Assembly (NCBI GenBank): GCA_003427395.1 | Contig: BFEA01000005.1 | Location: 2,655,793-2,719,792, forward strand | Direction: 5' to 3' | From: Chara braunii | Taxonomy: Eukaryota > Plantae > Charophyceae | Length of the DNA: 64,000 bases | Shown here: positions 11,805 to 24,260 of the stretch, piece after piece | Position numbering within the stretch: position 1 is the first letter of the stretch | Layout of the letters: every line of letters starts with the position of its first letter | Notes under the pieces: model-generated | Database searches by the model: none | What the model was told of the DNA's origin: nothing | Seen by the model: the letters and a program-made list of their open reading frames with translations, nothing else | Translations under genes and position numbers: made by a program

Positions 11805-12059
11805 GCGTCTGCAAAGGGAACCCCGTACGGCTTACACAGCTTCGATTACTCTATTTATTTCTAAAATGGGCGACGAGTTTGACGTATTATCATCGAACTG
11901 ACCAGCCCAAGACACACACATATACACATCCACACACTTACAGAACACGCACACTTACAGAACACGCGCACTTACAGAACACGCGCACACACACACACAC
12001 ACGCACACGCACAAAATAATAATATAGATTAATATAGATTAATTCATGTTAATATGTAA

Positions 12060-12111
<52 letters not shown>

Positions 12112-12431
12112 TGCACACACGCACACGCACACGCACACGCACACGCACGCACGCACGCACGCAAATTGCAATTGTATTGCATATGTTCTACTCTGTATGG
12201 AGTAGAACATACGAGGTCTGCACGTCCACGCATTCGACACTCTGACATTTCTGCACCTTAAACGGTTCACTGTGCACGAGTACGAATTGTATATTCAACT
12301 CAAGCGGATTTGATATTCGTCCACTGTGCACGAGTATGTTATGCATATCTCTTCCTCTCCTCGTCTGTGTGTGTGTATGTCTCGTTATTTGTGACGCCCG
12401 ATGACGTTTGAGGTTCTGAACGACCCCTTAA

Positions 12432-12470
<39 letters not shown>

Positions 12471-12716
12471 NNNNNNNNNNNNNNNNNNNNNNNNNNNNNN
12501 NNNNNNNNNNNNNNNNNNNNNNNNNNNNNNNNNNNNNNNNNNNNNNNNNNNNNNNNNNNNNNNNNNNNNNNNNNNNNNNNNNNNNNNNNNNNNNNNNNNN
12601 NNNNNNNNNNNNNNNNNNNNNNNNNNNNNNNNNNNNNNNNNNNNNNNNNNNNNNNNNNNNNNNNNNNNNNNNNNNNNNNNNNNNNNNNNNNNNNNNNNNN
12701 NNNNNNNNNNNNNNNN

Positions 12717-12778
<62 letters not shown>

Positions 12779-12795
12779 CATGTGTGCGTTTGGGC

Positions 12796-12858
<63 letters not shown>
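11768..12858. repeat. Microsatellite cluster (GT)n, (CA)n/(CACG)n, (CT)n around an N-gap
   Basis: Directly visible; gap at 12471-12716. Confidence 0.95.
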
Positions 12859-12863
<5 letters not shown>

Positions 12864-13265
12864 CATGTGTCCCTTTGGGCGCCGTCTCTGGGAGAAGAGT
12901 TGATCAGCAGATTGCCGAGCGACTCATTTCCATGACCGTGCTCTTAGTGTATTGCCCTGGCCTCAAACAGTCGAGTAGCTCTTTCTTGTTCGGGACGGGG
13001 AGGTTTTATAACTTTCCCCTTCTTTTTTTCCAGAAAGTGCTAGTCCGGAATATGATTTTATGCATCGGTTTCCATCAGCCGAACGGAACGCCCGATCAAG
13101 ACTTAAAATTTCACCAAGTGGAGCTATAATGACAGGGCGTTCTATTCGGGTGAAGAAGGTAGCAGTTATCAGTTATCTGTGGGTACCATGGGGCAAGGTG
13201 TGGCTAGCCAAGAGCATGGGATTGCCTGAATCTGGATTTGTTTTATGCAGAGTCTTGCCCGTTAA

Positions 13266-13405
13266 ACCACCAGTACTTGGGCCACGCCTTAGCGTTAACG
13301 CTACGCAATTTCCGTGGCCGGCGGGCCGTCGATAAATCAAATCGACAGCCTGCGCTGCTTCGAGATTTGGGCGGCCGGCGCGCGCAGTGCCCAAGTACTG
13401 GTGGT
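13266..13405. mobile_element. TTAA-target MITE, copy 1 (140 bp)
   Basis: TTAA-ACCACCAGTACTTGGGC...GCCCAAGTACTGGTGGT-TTAA: perfect 17-bp TIR with TTAA on both sides. Confidence 0.85.
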
Positions 13406-13861
13406 TTAAGTGCCTGAATCTGGATGTGTTTTATGCAGAGTCTTGTCATGCCTGGTGGGGCACCTGTGGCGCATGCTGCATGCCAGTTGTTGGATCTCCA
13501 AATACACCCGAAGAACGCCCGTTACAGGTTCGATCCTTGCCATGCCCAAGTGGATACTTAGGGGCAGGCTGCTGGTTCCCTGCCCCAGCCTAGATGGATG
13601 GTGCTCCGGTGACTACCGGTAGGGGAGGGCTGAGCCCACCGTCTTGTGCCAGAATAAGGTTGCAGCTGGCACCAGTCTGGAGCATTTACGGTTGGCTGGT
13701 TGGGATTAGATCTGTGCCTGCTGTCTGCGACCCAGCAGCTGGGCTACAGTGCGTTCGCCTACTACCGGGTCAGCCCCACTTGGGGGATGGCCCAATAAAT
13801 TGTACCCTTTGGGGGTAGGTGGTTCTCGATGAGAATGGAAGGGCTACTTGCAGCACATCAA

Positions 13862-14108
13862 GGGGGACCGAGGGGGACGCCTGTGTGACTGGGTACCATA
13901 AAGGTCTCCCGTTGTGGGATACTCTCAGCTGTTAACCCTGATATGAGGCGGGTTGGTACCTGCACTTTTGAGCTGAAATGCCTCAAGGGGGACCCAGGGG
14001 ATGCCTGTGCGAATGGGTACTGTAAAGGTCTCCCAGTGTGGGATACTCTCAGCCGGGAACCCTGAGATGAGGGGGGTTGGTACCTGCGCACTCTTGAGCT
14101 GGAATGCA
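13862..14108. repeat. Two tandem ~125-bp direct repeats
   Basis: GGGGGACC...AAAGGTCTCCC..TGTGGGATACTCTCAGC...GGTTGGTACCTGC...TTGAGCTG.AATGC occurs at ~13862 and ~13987. Confidence 0.8.
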
Positions 14109-14314
14109 AAACTGCCCGACCCTGAAGGTGTACAACTTGAAAAGAAAAGAAAAGCAGCTCAATTGCGACTTACTGCACCTCTTCATCAAACACGTCCGGA
14201 TTCAGGCTTTAAATCCAATACTCCTTGCTGGTGGGACCTTGGCCGGGGTCTGATGTATGAACCACCATCTTGACGGCAGCACCTGGCCACTGATACCCTC
14301 ATGAGGACCACAAT

Positions 14315-14594
14315 TCGGTTTTGCTTGTGTTATTAGGTCTTGATTTTTTTGCTATGATTTTCTTAGTTGTTTATGTAGGAGCTATTGCTCTTCTATTTTT
14401 ATTTGTGGTTATGATGCAAAATATAAAGATACCAGAAATTCACGAAAATGCATTACGTTATTTGCCTGTAGGTGGTATTATTGGACTTGTATTTTCGCTG
14501 GAAAATTTCTTAGTTGTAGATAATGATCTACGTTGCCACTTGTGCACACCCTCGTACGAATACGGACTCGTACTCTCGTACTCGTACGCTACTA

Positions 14595-14625
<31 letters not shown>

Positions 14626-15095
14626 AGGAGCTATTGCTGTTCTATTTTTATTTNNNNNNNNNNNNNNNNNNNNNNNNNNNNNNNNNNNNNNNNNNNNNNN
14701 NNNNNNNNNNNNNTTTTTTTTGCTTTTTCGTACGGGGGCGTACAAGACGTACAGGTTCCCGTACAGATCCCGTACAGATCCCGTACAAAAATAACCTGTA
14801 CGTTTTGTACGGGAAGCCCCCGTACGTGTACTCTATTAATGATTACATTCCAATATTACCAACATAATCGAGTACAACTGTATTTCAATATACTGTTTAT
14901 GCTTCCAAAATACAAAGTTGGACGAATATGGAATCTTTAGGAAATCTACTTCACTTATTTTTATTTGTTTCTGGTTTCAAGTCTTATTTTATTAGTGGCC
15001 ATAATTGGAGCTTTAGTACTGATCATGCATAAGACTACTCAAGTAAAAAGATAAGATTTTTCTCAACAAAATATGATAGATTTTCAAGAGACTAA
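14315..15095 (+). pseudogene. nad6: NUMT: mitochondrial nad6 fragment, interrupted by an insertion at 14528-14836
   Basis: LLGLDFFAMIFLVVYVGAIALLFLFVVMM.NIKI.EIHENALRYLPVGGIIGL resumes as NDYIPILPT...FLVSSLILLVAIIGALVL.MHKTTQVKR, with stops and deletions. The insertion is flanked by duplicated TAATGAT (14521-14527, 14837-14843). Confidence 0.92.
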
Positions 15096-15112
15096 ATATG
15101 ACAATAGAAAGG

Positions 15113-15150
15113 TCTCTAGTAGCTCAGTGGTTAGAGCAAATGGCTGTTAA
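15113..15150 (+). pseudogene. trnN: NUMT: 5' half of tRNA-Asn(GUU)
   Basis: TCTCTAGTAGCTCAGTGGTTAGAGCAAATGGCTGTTAA gives acceptor 5' strand, D-arm and anticodon GTT, directly after nad6; the 3' half is missing. Confidence 0.75.
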
Positions 15151-17830
15151 GTGCGCCGGTTTTGACTTCTCTTGTGGAGGATGTAGTTTGAACTACAACA
15201 TTGTTCAGAACATGTCTAAAACAATACCTTACCTTATCCCAAGAGGCTCGACTCTTGCCAGAGCGGACGAAGGCCTCTAGCGAGCCTATGGAGGCTCGCC
15301 GCAGAGTTGGAAACAAATATAGAAAACACAACATGGTATAAAAGACTGAATGAAAAAGTAACAATGTTTAGAAAGAAGGTCCAAGAATTCAACCGAAATG
15401 AAATGACTGAATTAATACAAGCTGTAGCTAATACCCAAGGCATCAAAGAGGCATTTTCTACGGGATCCCAAAACCACCAACCACCCCAACCTAGCTCATG
15501 ATAAGCCCACCAACTTCCCAGTAGTATTCCTACAGTTAAAAAACACCAGCACGTTAAAATCCAAATTCGTATCAGTTTCCAATAGGCACTTTTTTTTTTT
15601 TTTCATTTTATAAAGCAATGGGGTATCTTTCTTTACTTAAGAGTTGCCCTCCGGCCAAGGGAAAAGACTCTTAATCATGTTCTCCCCCCCCCCAAAGAAG
15701 ATTCGAAGTAGGAACTGTAAATTTCATAATGTCCAAACTAGGAACACCCGAGTGCCCGTGCTCTTTTCGGCCAAAAAAAAAAAAAAAAAAAAAAGAAGAT
15801 TCTGTACCCATTTAAAGTTGGAAATCTGTACCTGGGAAATGGGCTGTGTAAATTGTTTGCATGCCTAGGACAGAGGTGGGCCCCAAGGTTGGTACAGCCA
15901 AATTGCAGCTATACCTTTTTTTTTTTTTTTTTTTTTTTTTTTTGAAAGTTGATGATAAAACTTGAAGCACACAGCATCTAAAAATATGTCATGAAGCTCG
16001 GCTCGATTGGTGCGAAGAGCAGCGTCCTACTCCTGCACCCTGGCAAAACGCCCGATGCGTTTCTGTTGCTGCCAGTGCAGCGTCTTCAGGGGCTACACTT
16101 CCGAAAGGTACGTATTCCTACTACATCATGCATCTTTTACTGCATTACTTCCTAGTTGCGCTTGCTCTGAATTCGAAAGTTTTCAAAATTTTCAAAAATT
16201 CAAAAAAACCCATCGTCCCGTCTTGTGTATGACTGCTTGGGCGCGACATTTTCCAGACCGGTGTTGCCACGCCATACACGTCAGATACTATTCCTACGCT
16301 GACTCTACGCTGGTTCAAAAATTTTCACTGACGTTTTTGCCTGTCAGGCCTGGATATCTTATTCTTTTTGGTCCAGGTTCACGTGGTTCATCCCTAGGCC
16401 CGCTCTAACTGCGGGTTCTTCCATGAAACAATTTCCCGCCCAGTTGTCTTCCTTCGTTTTTCGTATTTTCTTGGCTGCGCCGAATCCCTTCGCACAGGAT
16501 TTCTACCCACTCGTCCCACGCTCCATCCTTGGAGTCCGAAAACAGGGTCAGTCTTGAATCCCCGCCTCTGCAGTTCCATTTGGAGTGTTAAGAGGGTCGG
16601 GCCAGCATGTTCCTTGTACAGGGTGTGGTTCCATATTCAGTGTAGGTACCCAGTTATCACGGCCTTCTTGGCTTGTCCAGCTGAGTAAGATTTGAAGTCT
16701 TGCAGACCCTGAAACACCATGTTACCCCCCTTAGCAGCGTCGGCCCATTGGCCGTGATGGCCGTGCACGTAACCAAATTAGGATCTGATCATGATCTCAA
16801 CAGAGATAAGAAACTTAGTTAAGAAATTAGGTTCGGACCCAGCCAAGGTGCAAACAACCAAGCTAATGAAGGGAAAAAACCCTGACCCCCAGCCATTGGC
16901 TCGTGCTAGGAATTTAGCCGTATTTGCCAGCAGGTACACTCAGAGTCACTGATGGTTAACGGGGACCCCCTATAGGTGACAAGTTGGCCTTTGAGTTTTC
17001 TTATAAATGGCATGAGAAATTTATGAAAATTCGGGCCTCCGTTAACCTTCTCTCATCCATGAGTGTGTGTCTCGACTGGCACATGCATTGAATAGGTTCC
17101 AGCCCCCTTTCTCCTCATTGCAAGAGCATGTCAAGCCCAAGTGCAGGTAGGAGGCAGCTTCACAACAATTCTTTTTTTTTTTTTTTTTTTTAAAACCAAG
17201 CTCCATCTATTGGTGGGGAGCAGCACCTGCTGGAAACCGGGTCCAGCGTCCCATAGATACAACCATATCCTCACAAATTGGCACAAACTGGGAACCGGGC
17301 CCAGCGTCCCATAACGAGTACGTTCAGAAAACTCATCAGAAAATTCCATGAGAATGAGACGAAACTACTAGAAAATTCTTTTTTTTTTTTTCTTTTTTTT
17401 TTCTTTTTTTTTTCTTTCAAATAAACAGGTCCTTATGGTCCCGGCCCATTTCCATTCTGGGGAGCATCAGTCCGGTTCCCATTCCACCGGCAAGTCAGAA
17501 AACAAAATTACATCTTGAACACCCGCACGCTTCCTTCCGTCTGGCCGAAGGAACCCTGATCAGCATTGATTACTCCAGCATCATGGAGGATTGACTGTCA
17601 GCTTGCCCTGCTTCTCCCTTTCCTCTCAGGTCTACTGTAATAACCTGTCAGATAAACATGGATGGCAAGAAAGGCCTGGAAGCTACAAACACTGCCACTT
17701 CTGTCTAAACTCAGACTCTGCCCATGTGCTTCATGACATCCCTACCATTCTGATCCCTGTTTGCCTTGCTTGTCTAAACCCTGGCCCCTGATCCCTCAGC
17801 TGTAGTTATTCGCCAGAAGCTCTATGGAGC
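15150..17830. mobile_element. Cluster of non-LTR retrotransposon 3'-end fragments with poly(A/T) tails
   Basis: Poly(T) tracts at ~15590, 15916, 17172 and 17379, each followed by 3'-UTR-like sequence, some with the shared stem-loop motif; degenerate coding remnants. Confidence 0.5.
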
Positions 17831-18408
17831 ACCCTCACCCTTCCTTCCGTCTGGACAGCATTGATGTTCGTACATGTACTCATGTTCGTATGACCGAGCT
17901 ATGTGGCGCTGAGGTCCTGAGGCTGTGGGATTTGACTGTCCTGTGCTCTCTGAAGTGGACAGGAGTTATGCCAGTCTTTCCACCTGAGGAGATGACCTTG
18001 AATACACGCCACCTTTCCATTGACCAGCCATACTTTCGTGAATTTTGCCAGAATCTCATGCTGCTTCTCCTGATATTCCTGAGCTTGAATCCTGACTTTT
18101 TTCCATTGGGAGAAGACTTCAGTCTCCATTAAAAATTTGGTGTCACCCATACCTTTTCGCATGAATTGCTGGAGTTGTCCAATGTTCTGCTGCATCTTTC
18201 CTTCCATATGACCCAGAGTGTCGCCTTTCAAAATTGCAGCTATACCTAACTACTGGAATGCTTGAATTATGCAAATACCCAGGCAATTTATGTGGATACC
18301 CAATTTTGCCTGCCTGGTTCCTGGGCAAAAGCATATTTTTGTGCTCCCTAACCACCGGCCTGTGGAACCTACAACATGCGCGGAATACTCACCGGCCCCT
18401 ACTACATG

Positions 18409-20032
18409 TGCGGGATAGAGTAATTATTATCTCGTCAGGCTCATAATGTGAATGTTGTAGGTTCCATTCTGGGTAGATGTATAATTCAGGCTCATAATCT
18501 GAATGTCGTATGTTCAAATCCTAGGTAGATGTATAACTGAGGCTCATAATCTAAATGTTGTAGGGTCAAATCCTGGGTAGATGTATAATGCGCTCATAAT
18601 CTGAGTGTTGTGGGTTCAAATCCTGGGTAGATGTATCAGGCTCATAATCTGAATTTTGTAGATGTATAATTCAGGCGCATAAAATGAATCTTGTAGATAT
18701 ACAATTCGGGCTCATAATCTGAATCTTGTAGATGTATAATTTAGGCTCATAATCTGAATCTTGGAGGTTAAAATCCTGGGTAGATGATGTTTAATTCAGG
18801 CTCATGGGGCCAAGTTCCACATACACGATGTAGTTGCAGTTTGCTACACTGTGCGGCGGCAGGAGGCGGGGAAAAGGAGATCTTCAATCTTCTATGCACG
18901 GTGTAGTTGTAGTTTGCTACACTGTGCGGTGGCAGGAGGCAGGAAAAAGGAGATCTTCAATCTTGTCTGTGCCACTGCAGCAGATGCATCTTGCCACCTC
19001 CTGTGTGCAGGTGCACTGGACATCTTTGTAATTGGTATGTGATGTGGCAATGCAGTCTCTTCCCCATTCCAGAAGATCCGTTGGGCTCTAATGATGGAAA
19101 AAAGGTGTCGTCTGTATTTCTCTGGGCGTGACTTTGGCCGCGTCCACCCCCCCTGCTGGTCTTATTACTCGTTTTTGTTCAGACCTTTAGCCTCACTCCA
19201 CTACTCACGAAAGGTGCAAAATGCAAATGCATATTACGATAGAACAGGGAAAGATACACAGCCATATTTTTGTCTTTTGTGCATGTGTTACGTAGTGGAT
19301 CCCACTTCTTTTCCTACGATGTGTGTTTATTGCGGACAATTGGCCTTGCTCCTCTGCTCACCATAGGCACAAAAGACAAACGGCGGTGCATCTACCTATG
19401 TTCTAGCGGAAGATTCATTCTCATTTTGCACATTTGGCGGGTACTGGAGCGCGGAAGACATTGCTTGGCCTTGGGCACTCGGCCCTTCTCTGTGCTCACT
19501 TGGCAAAAGGAATCCACTCCGTTGTTATGTGGTGCACATCTAAGGGCCCATCTCTTGTCTGCACGATGGCATCTGATAGGACCTATGACACCTCCTTCCT
19601 CAACATGCCAAGGATTGGGCGGGAAAGGATGCCCTTTTCGTCTCAAACATCCACCGAAGAGGAAAACTACTTGTAGTTTGCAATGGAGCTTAGCTGTCCA
19701 AATGGCGGCATTGGTCCTGAATACTCCCCCCTCCCTGCGGCCATCAATGGAAACATCCCATTTTATCGCCAAACTTTGCATTTGAGTGTGACGGCGTGGT
19801 GGTCGTCTGATGCAGCCACTGCAGATGATTGACGTTCGTCGCCCGCTCGTTACAAGTAAACCACACGAACTGCAGTGGGACCCAGCCCCTGAATGCTGTA
19901 GGTTCAAATCCCTGGTAGATTTATAATTCAGGCTCATAATTTGAACGTTGTATGTTCAAATCCTGGGTAGATGTATAATTCAGTCTCATAATCTGAATGT
20001 CCTAGGTTCAAATCCTGGGTAGATCTATAATT
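18409..20032 (+). repeat. tRNA-fMet-derived 52-bp minisatellite (18409-18805 and 19889-20032), split by an insertion
   Basis: Head GCGGGATAGAGTAATT..TCTCGTCAGGCTCATAAT.TGAATGTTGTAGGTTC resembles organellar trnfM(CAU). The unit CAGGCTCATAATCTGAATGTTGTAGGTTCAAATCCTGGGTAGATGTATAATT recurs about 11 times, some copies internally shortened. Confidence 0.8.
18806..19888. mobile_element. Probable non-autonomous TIR element inserted in the minisatellite
   Basis: Imperfect TIRs GGGGCCAAGTTCCAC / GTGGGACCCAGCCCC; splits a repeat unit; TSD not resolved. Confidence 0.5.
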
Positions 20033-20135
20033 TCGTGCAAGAGAAAAATACGGTATTACGTTAAGTTGGACAGGGTCTGGGTATAGATGAAAATTGGGCG
20101 CCAGTACAGGGTGTTGTGGGAATTACCATCTTTAA

Positions 20136-20286
20136 ACCACCAATACCTCTGAAAGTCGCTCACGCATGCAGGCAGCGACTTCCGGACGATGGATGGGCCA
20201 CTATCAGAGCACCCAAATCCAGCCGAGTCGAAACGCTTCCACTCTATTTTTTCCCATGGGCAATATATGGGAAAGGTACTGGCGGT
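20136..20286. mobile_element. TTAA-target MITE, copy 2
   Basis: TTAA-ACCACCAATACCT...AGGTACTGGCGGT-TTAA. Confidence 0.75.
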
Positions 20287-20470
20287 TTAAATGGGCTACA
20301 GATGCAAGTAGCACTTGTAAGTTCAGTTGACGACTCCATTAGTGGAGTAGAAGAGGGGCAGGCCTCTTCCTGGTATGGGTCATAGGATCTGGAACTCGGA
20401 ACGTTTTTGAAGGGGCGCGGACCTGGTGTCTAGCATAGCCCAATCTGGGTCATGGCCTCAGTACCGGTAT

Positions 20471-20599
20471 AAAATTTGAACCATTTCTTGATTTAGGTGT
20501 GTCATCCTTGCGCAGGGGCCATGCTAGTCTTCTCTGTATCGTTCCAACTTCCAATTTTAACTGATGTCCCCAAGGACCCCCGGTGATGTCCCCAAGGAC
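20471..20599 (-). pseudogene. U6: U6 snRNA retrocopy with duplicated 5' stem-loop
   Basis: Reverse complement contains GGAACGATACAGAGAAGACTAGCATGGCCCCTGCGCAAGGATGACACACCTAAATCAAGAAATGGTTCAAATTTT. GTCCTTGGGGACATCA occurs twice (20562-20577, 20584-20599), and TTGGAA is duplicated internally. Confidence 0.9.
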
Positions 20600-23500
20600 C
20601 TCCGACTCATTTGGTACCCGGCCTCGTTCTGTTTCTCTGTTTTTTTTTTTCCCAAAACAACTCTCTTTATTGTAAACAAGTGGACCCACCACGGCCCAAT
20701 AGAGGGGATGCGAGAAAACGACAGAGAGGGTCCTTTTACTCCTGCCCGTCATCGCCCCCCTCTTTCCACTCTTTTTCCTGCGACTTTCTCTCCTCGGATT
20801 TGTCATCCTCCCCCGCCTCCTCCTCCTGCTCCCCCTCCTGCCGCTCCTCCTCCTGTTCCCTGGGATTCGCTCCACTACTCACCAAAGGTGCAAAATAAGA
20901 ATGAATCTTTCGGTAGAACATGGGAAAATACACGGCCATAAGTTTTGTCTTTCTGCATGTGGTGAGTAGTGCAGCGAGACCCACTGTCCTCCTTGTTCCC
21001 GCTTCTCTTTTCCTTGGTCTCCTGTTCGCTGTCCTCTTCCTCATCGTCCTTTCCCTCCTCCTCCTGCTCGTCATCCCGCCCTGCCTCCTCCCACTTCCGG
21101 GCATTCCTCCTCCCATTCGCTGGGCTTCGCTCTACTACTCACGGAATGTGCAAAATGAGAATGAATCTTCCGCTGGAACATGGGAAGATGCACAGGCAAA
21201 AGAAAGAAAGAAAGAAAGAAAGAGATCATCCCGTTCACTGGGCTTCACTCCATTACTCACCAAATGCGCAAAATGAGAATAAATCTTCCGCTAGAACATG
21301 GGAAGATGCATGGGCAATAGCAAGCGAGCAAGCAAGCAAGCAAGAAAGATACACAGCCATATTTCTTGTCTTTTCTGCATGTGGTGAGTAGTGGAGTGAG
21401 ACCCCATTGTCCTCCTCCTCTTGCTAATCATCCTTTTGCTCCCGCTCGTCGTCTTCCCCTTTCTTGTTTTCGTCGTCCTCCCCCCCCTCCTCCTTTCCCT
21501 CTTCCTCCCGCTTGTCATCCCGTCCCTACTCCTTTCCCTCTTCCTCCCGCTTGTCATCCCGCCCCTCCTCCTCCTCCTCCCGTTCACAGGGATTCGCTCA
21601 ACTACTTACCAAAGGTGCAAAATCAGAATGAATCCTCCAGTAGAACATGAGAAGATACAGGCTTGCATGAGTAGATAGTCGTCCTTCCCCTCCTCCTCCT
21701 TTCCCTCCTCCCGCTTGTCATCCCGTCCCTCCTCCTCCCACTTCTCCTCCTGGTGCTCCTCCTTTCACTGTGATTTGCTGGACTACTTACGAAATGTGCA
21801 AAATGAGAATGAATCTTTCGTTAGAACATGGGAAGATACAGGCGCGCACAAATAGAAACTCATACGCGTGCGGAGTGTTGAAACTCAAACGCGTGTGGAG
21901 AGCTAAGAGAGCCGAAACTCAAGTGTGCGGAGAACTCTGTACAATATCTACTTGCATTCAAACATTGGGAGGCACGCATGGGCCCGACACGAGAAACTCG
22001 CGGAAAAAAACAAAACAATGGTCGGATCAACCGGAACTTGAAAGCGCGCCGACCAAAGCCCACCCTCCCATGATCTTTCTGGATACTTGAAACATCACCA
22101 AAAGAAGAAAACGGAGTGTTCAGTCCCGCAATGCTCCCGCCCACCGGTGATTTCTGATGGGCAATAGACTGCCAACTACATCCAGATGGGCTACAGAAAG
22201 GGGAGAAATGAGTCACTTGAGGCCACATAGCAGACAGGTATCGTAGTGCTTCAAGTTAGCTTTTTTTGGAAAGCTTATTGATGGAATGGAAGGGACGCTG
22301 GACCCGATTTCCAGCACAAACTGGGTAATGGCCCCCGATCTTCCCGGTTGAATTGTGAGGTCCCCTGCCTCGACACAATTTCATGATTGCAATTTGTCAC
22401 GCTTTGAAACAAAAAAAGAGAAGAAATGAAAGGGGAGAAAATGGGGTGGCAAAGGCAGAGGAAGCAGAGGAAGCAGAGTAAGCCTTGACGTGCAGATGTC
22501 CAGGTGCATGACAGAGGCAGTTAGTATGAGGACATCCGTCCTTGAGACATTTTTGGAGTTATCTTTTCCTTCTGTCAAGTTGTTGAAGGTCGCCTTAGTG
22601 TTTTGGAAAAATCGGGGTTCTTTTGTTACTCTTTGGAAGGTCCAACCGTTGCAGTGCATGTTTCTTTGGTTTGTACTCCACAGTCCAGCTTCAAGGAATT
22701 TTCCCATTCGCAAGTTAAAAACCCCGATGCTGGCATAAAACCTTTCCAGGATCCATTTCCCACTATTTTCGACGTTTTTCTGACAGACTTGCAAGTGCTT
22801 CCGGGAACCAAGTGCAAGCGAGACGCTGAAGCTAAATCTAGTCATTGGATCTTTCAACCAGGTCCCTGGCGGAAGAGTAGGAGGTCCCATGCTCCTAAAG
22901 CGAAGAACGAGTTTCCAGGACTGAAATGCACTGCCTCAGCCACATCAGTTTGTCGCTTGCTGAGCGCCTTGGACTCCGGAAAGCAGAAAATGCTCATTCA
23001 CATGTGGAGTTCCATTTCCCGTTGAAAAATTCCCTGAAATGGGACTGTGTAGTCCCATCCTTTTGTTTTTGGCCTGGTGCCCTCAGCCGTTTTGATCCGG
23101 TAGGTCGAGCCCCTGGAAGGATGCAGTGCGTTAGCAGCCACATTGGAATAGAAGGGCTGGGAAAGGTACTTGTGGTTCAAAATTGTAGTCTGCATGCTTT
23201 GCATGAGGGCATACTCACTTTGGAACAGTTTGCCTGAATCTGGCTGTAATGACTGTCAGATGCATCGAGGAAAGCCCTGGTGTGAGTGTCTACATACACA
23301 GAAAGTTGTCTGGATTGGCCCCAATATGCCTTTTGCAGAAAAAGCAGGCCAGGCTCATCATGCTTGTGTAGTTCAAGGGCCCAAGTTACCTGGTTCAATG
23401 GCCCAGTCCAACATTGTCCACGCACATGAAACTGAAGGATTGATGGCGGCCTGCGCAAGCGGTGGAGCATGTGGTTTAGAGATAACGAATGGCTGGCGTC

Positions 23501-24260
23501 AGAACCCTACATGTTAGCATATATGTTGTCAAAATGCAGAGCAGGTTCATGCTGGTGAAATGCAAGGGCCCACCATCTATGAACATGAAACTCGAAAGGA
23601 ATTGATGGGGGCCTGGGGTGAGGTTCCACTAGCAAAGAGGATCAGATGAAGCTCCTGAATCTGATGTGTTGCGTGCAGAGATGCAGAAATGCAGCTCAAT
23701 CTCGATTTTCTGCACCTCTACACAAGAAGGTCCAGTTTCAGGGATTCAATCCAATCCTCTTTGCTAGTGGGACCTCGCCCCTGCACAAGCGGTGGAAGCG
23801 TGGTTTTATTTATAAGTAGAGATAATGACTGGCTGGTGTCAGACCTTGAAATTCATACATCGTTCCTTTTTTGACATTTTAGACATATTCTATGCTTGCC
23901 GTTTTAGTCCAATCATTTTAGAGTAGCTTTAGAAAAGACAAAAAAAAAATCATACGCGAAAGTAGGTCCGCATATTTATCTCTGTGATCTGACCACAAGC
24001 ATGGACCCCACCCACTCGTGGAAAGTGAATGAGGCTTCCTCGTTACACTGTTTTTTTGGTGGAGTGTTCCGTACTTTGCCTTATTTGTGTGGTCCTCCAT
24101 TTGCGCTCTGCAAGAGACACAGTTAAGTACAGAAGAGAACTTGTAGAATGATTACGGCAAATGTTTTGGCATCATGACAGAGGCACAGTTGTAAGTACAG
24201 AGGTTTATGTTCTTCCTTTGGAGAGATCTTCACCACGGGTTGCTCTGTGACAGAGGCAAG

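Noticed and set aside
14321-14794. Functional nuclear-transferred nad6
   Set aside because: 5'-truncated, interrupted by an insertion, contains stops and deletions, and has no targeting sequence.
18409-21845. CRISPR-like arrays
   Set aside because: Eukaryotic context with no cas genes. The 52-bp units have no unique spacers, and the 75-bp units have irregular, low-complexity spacers.
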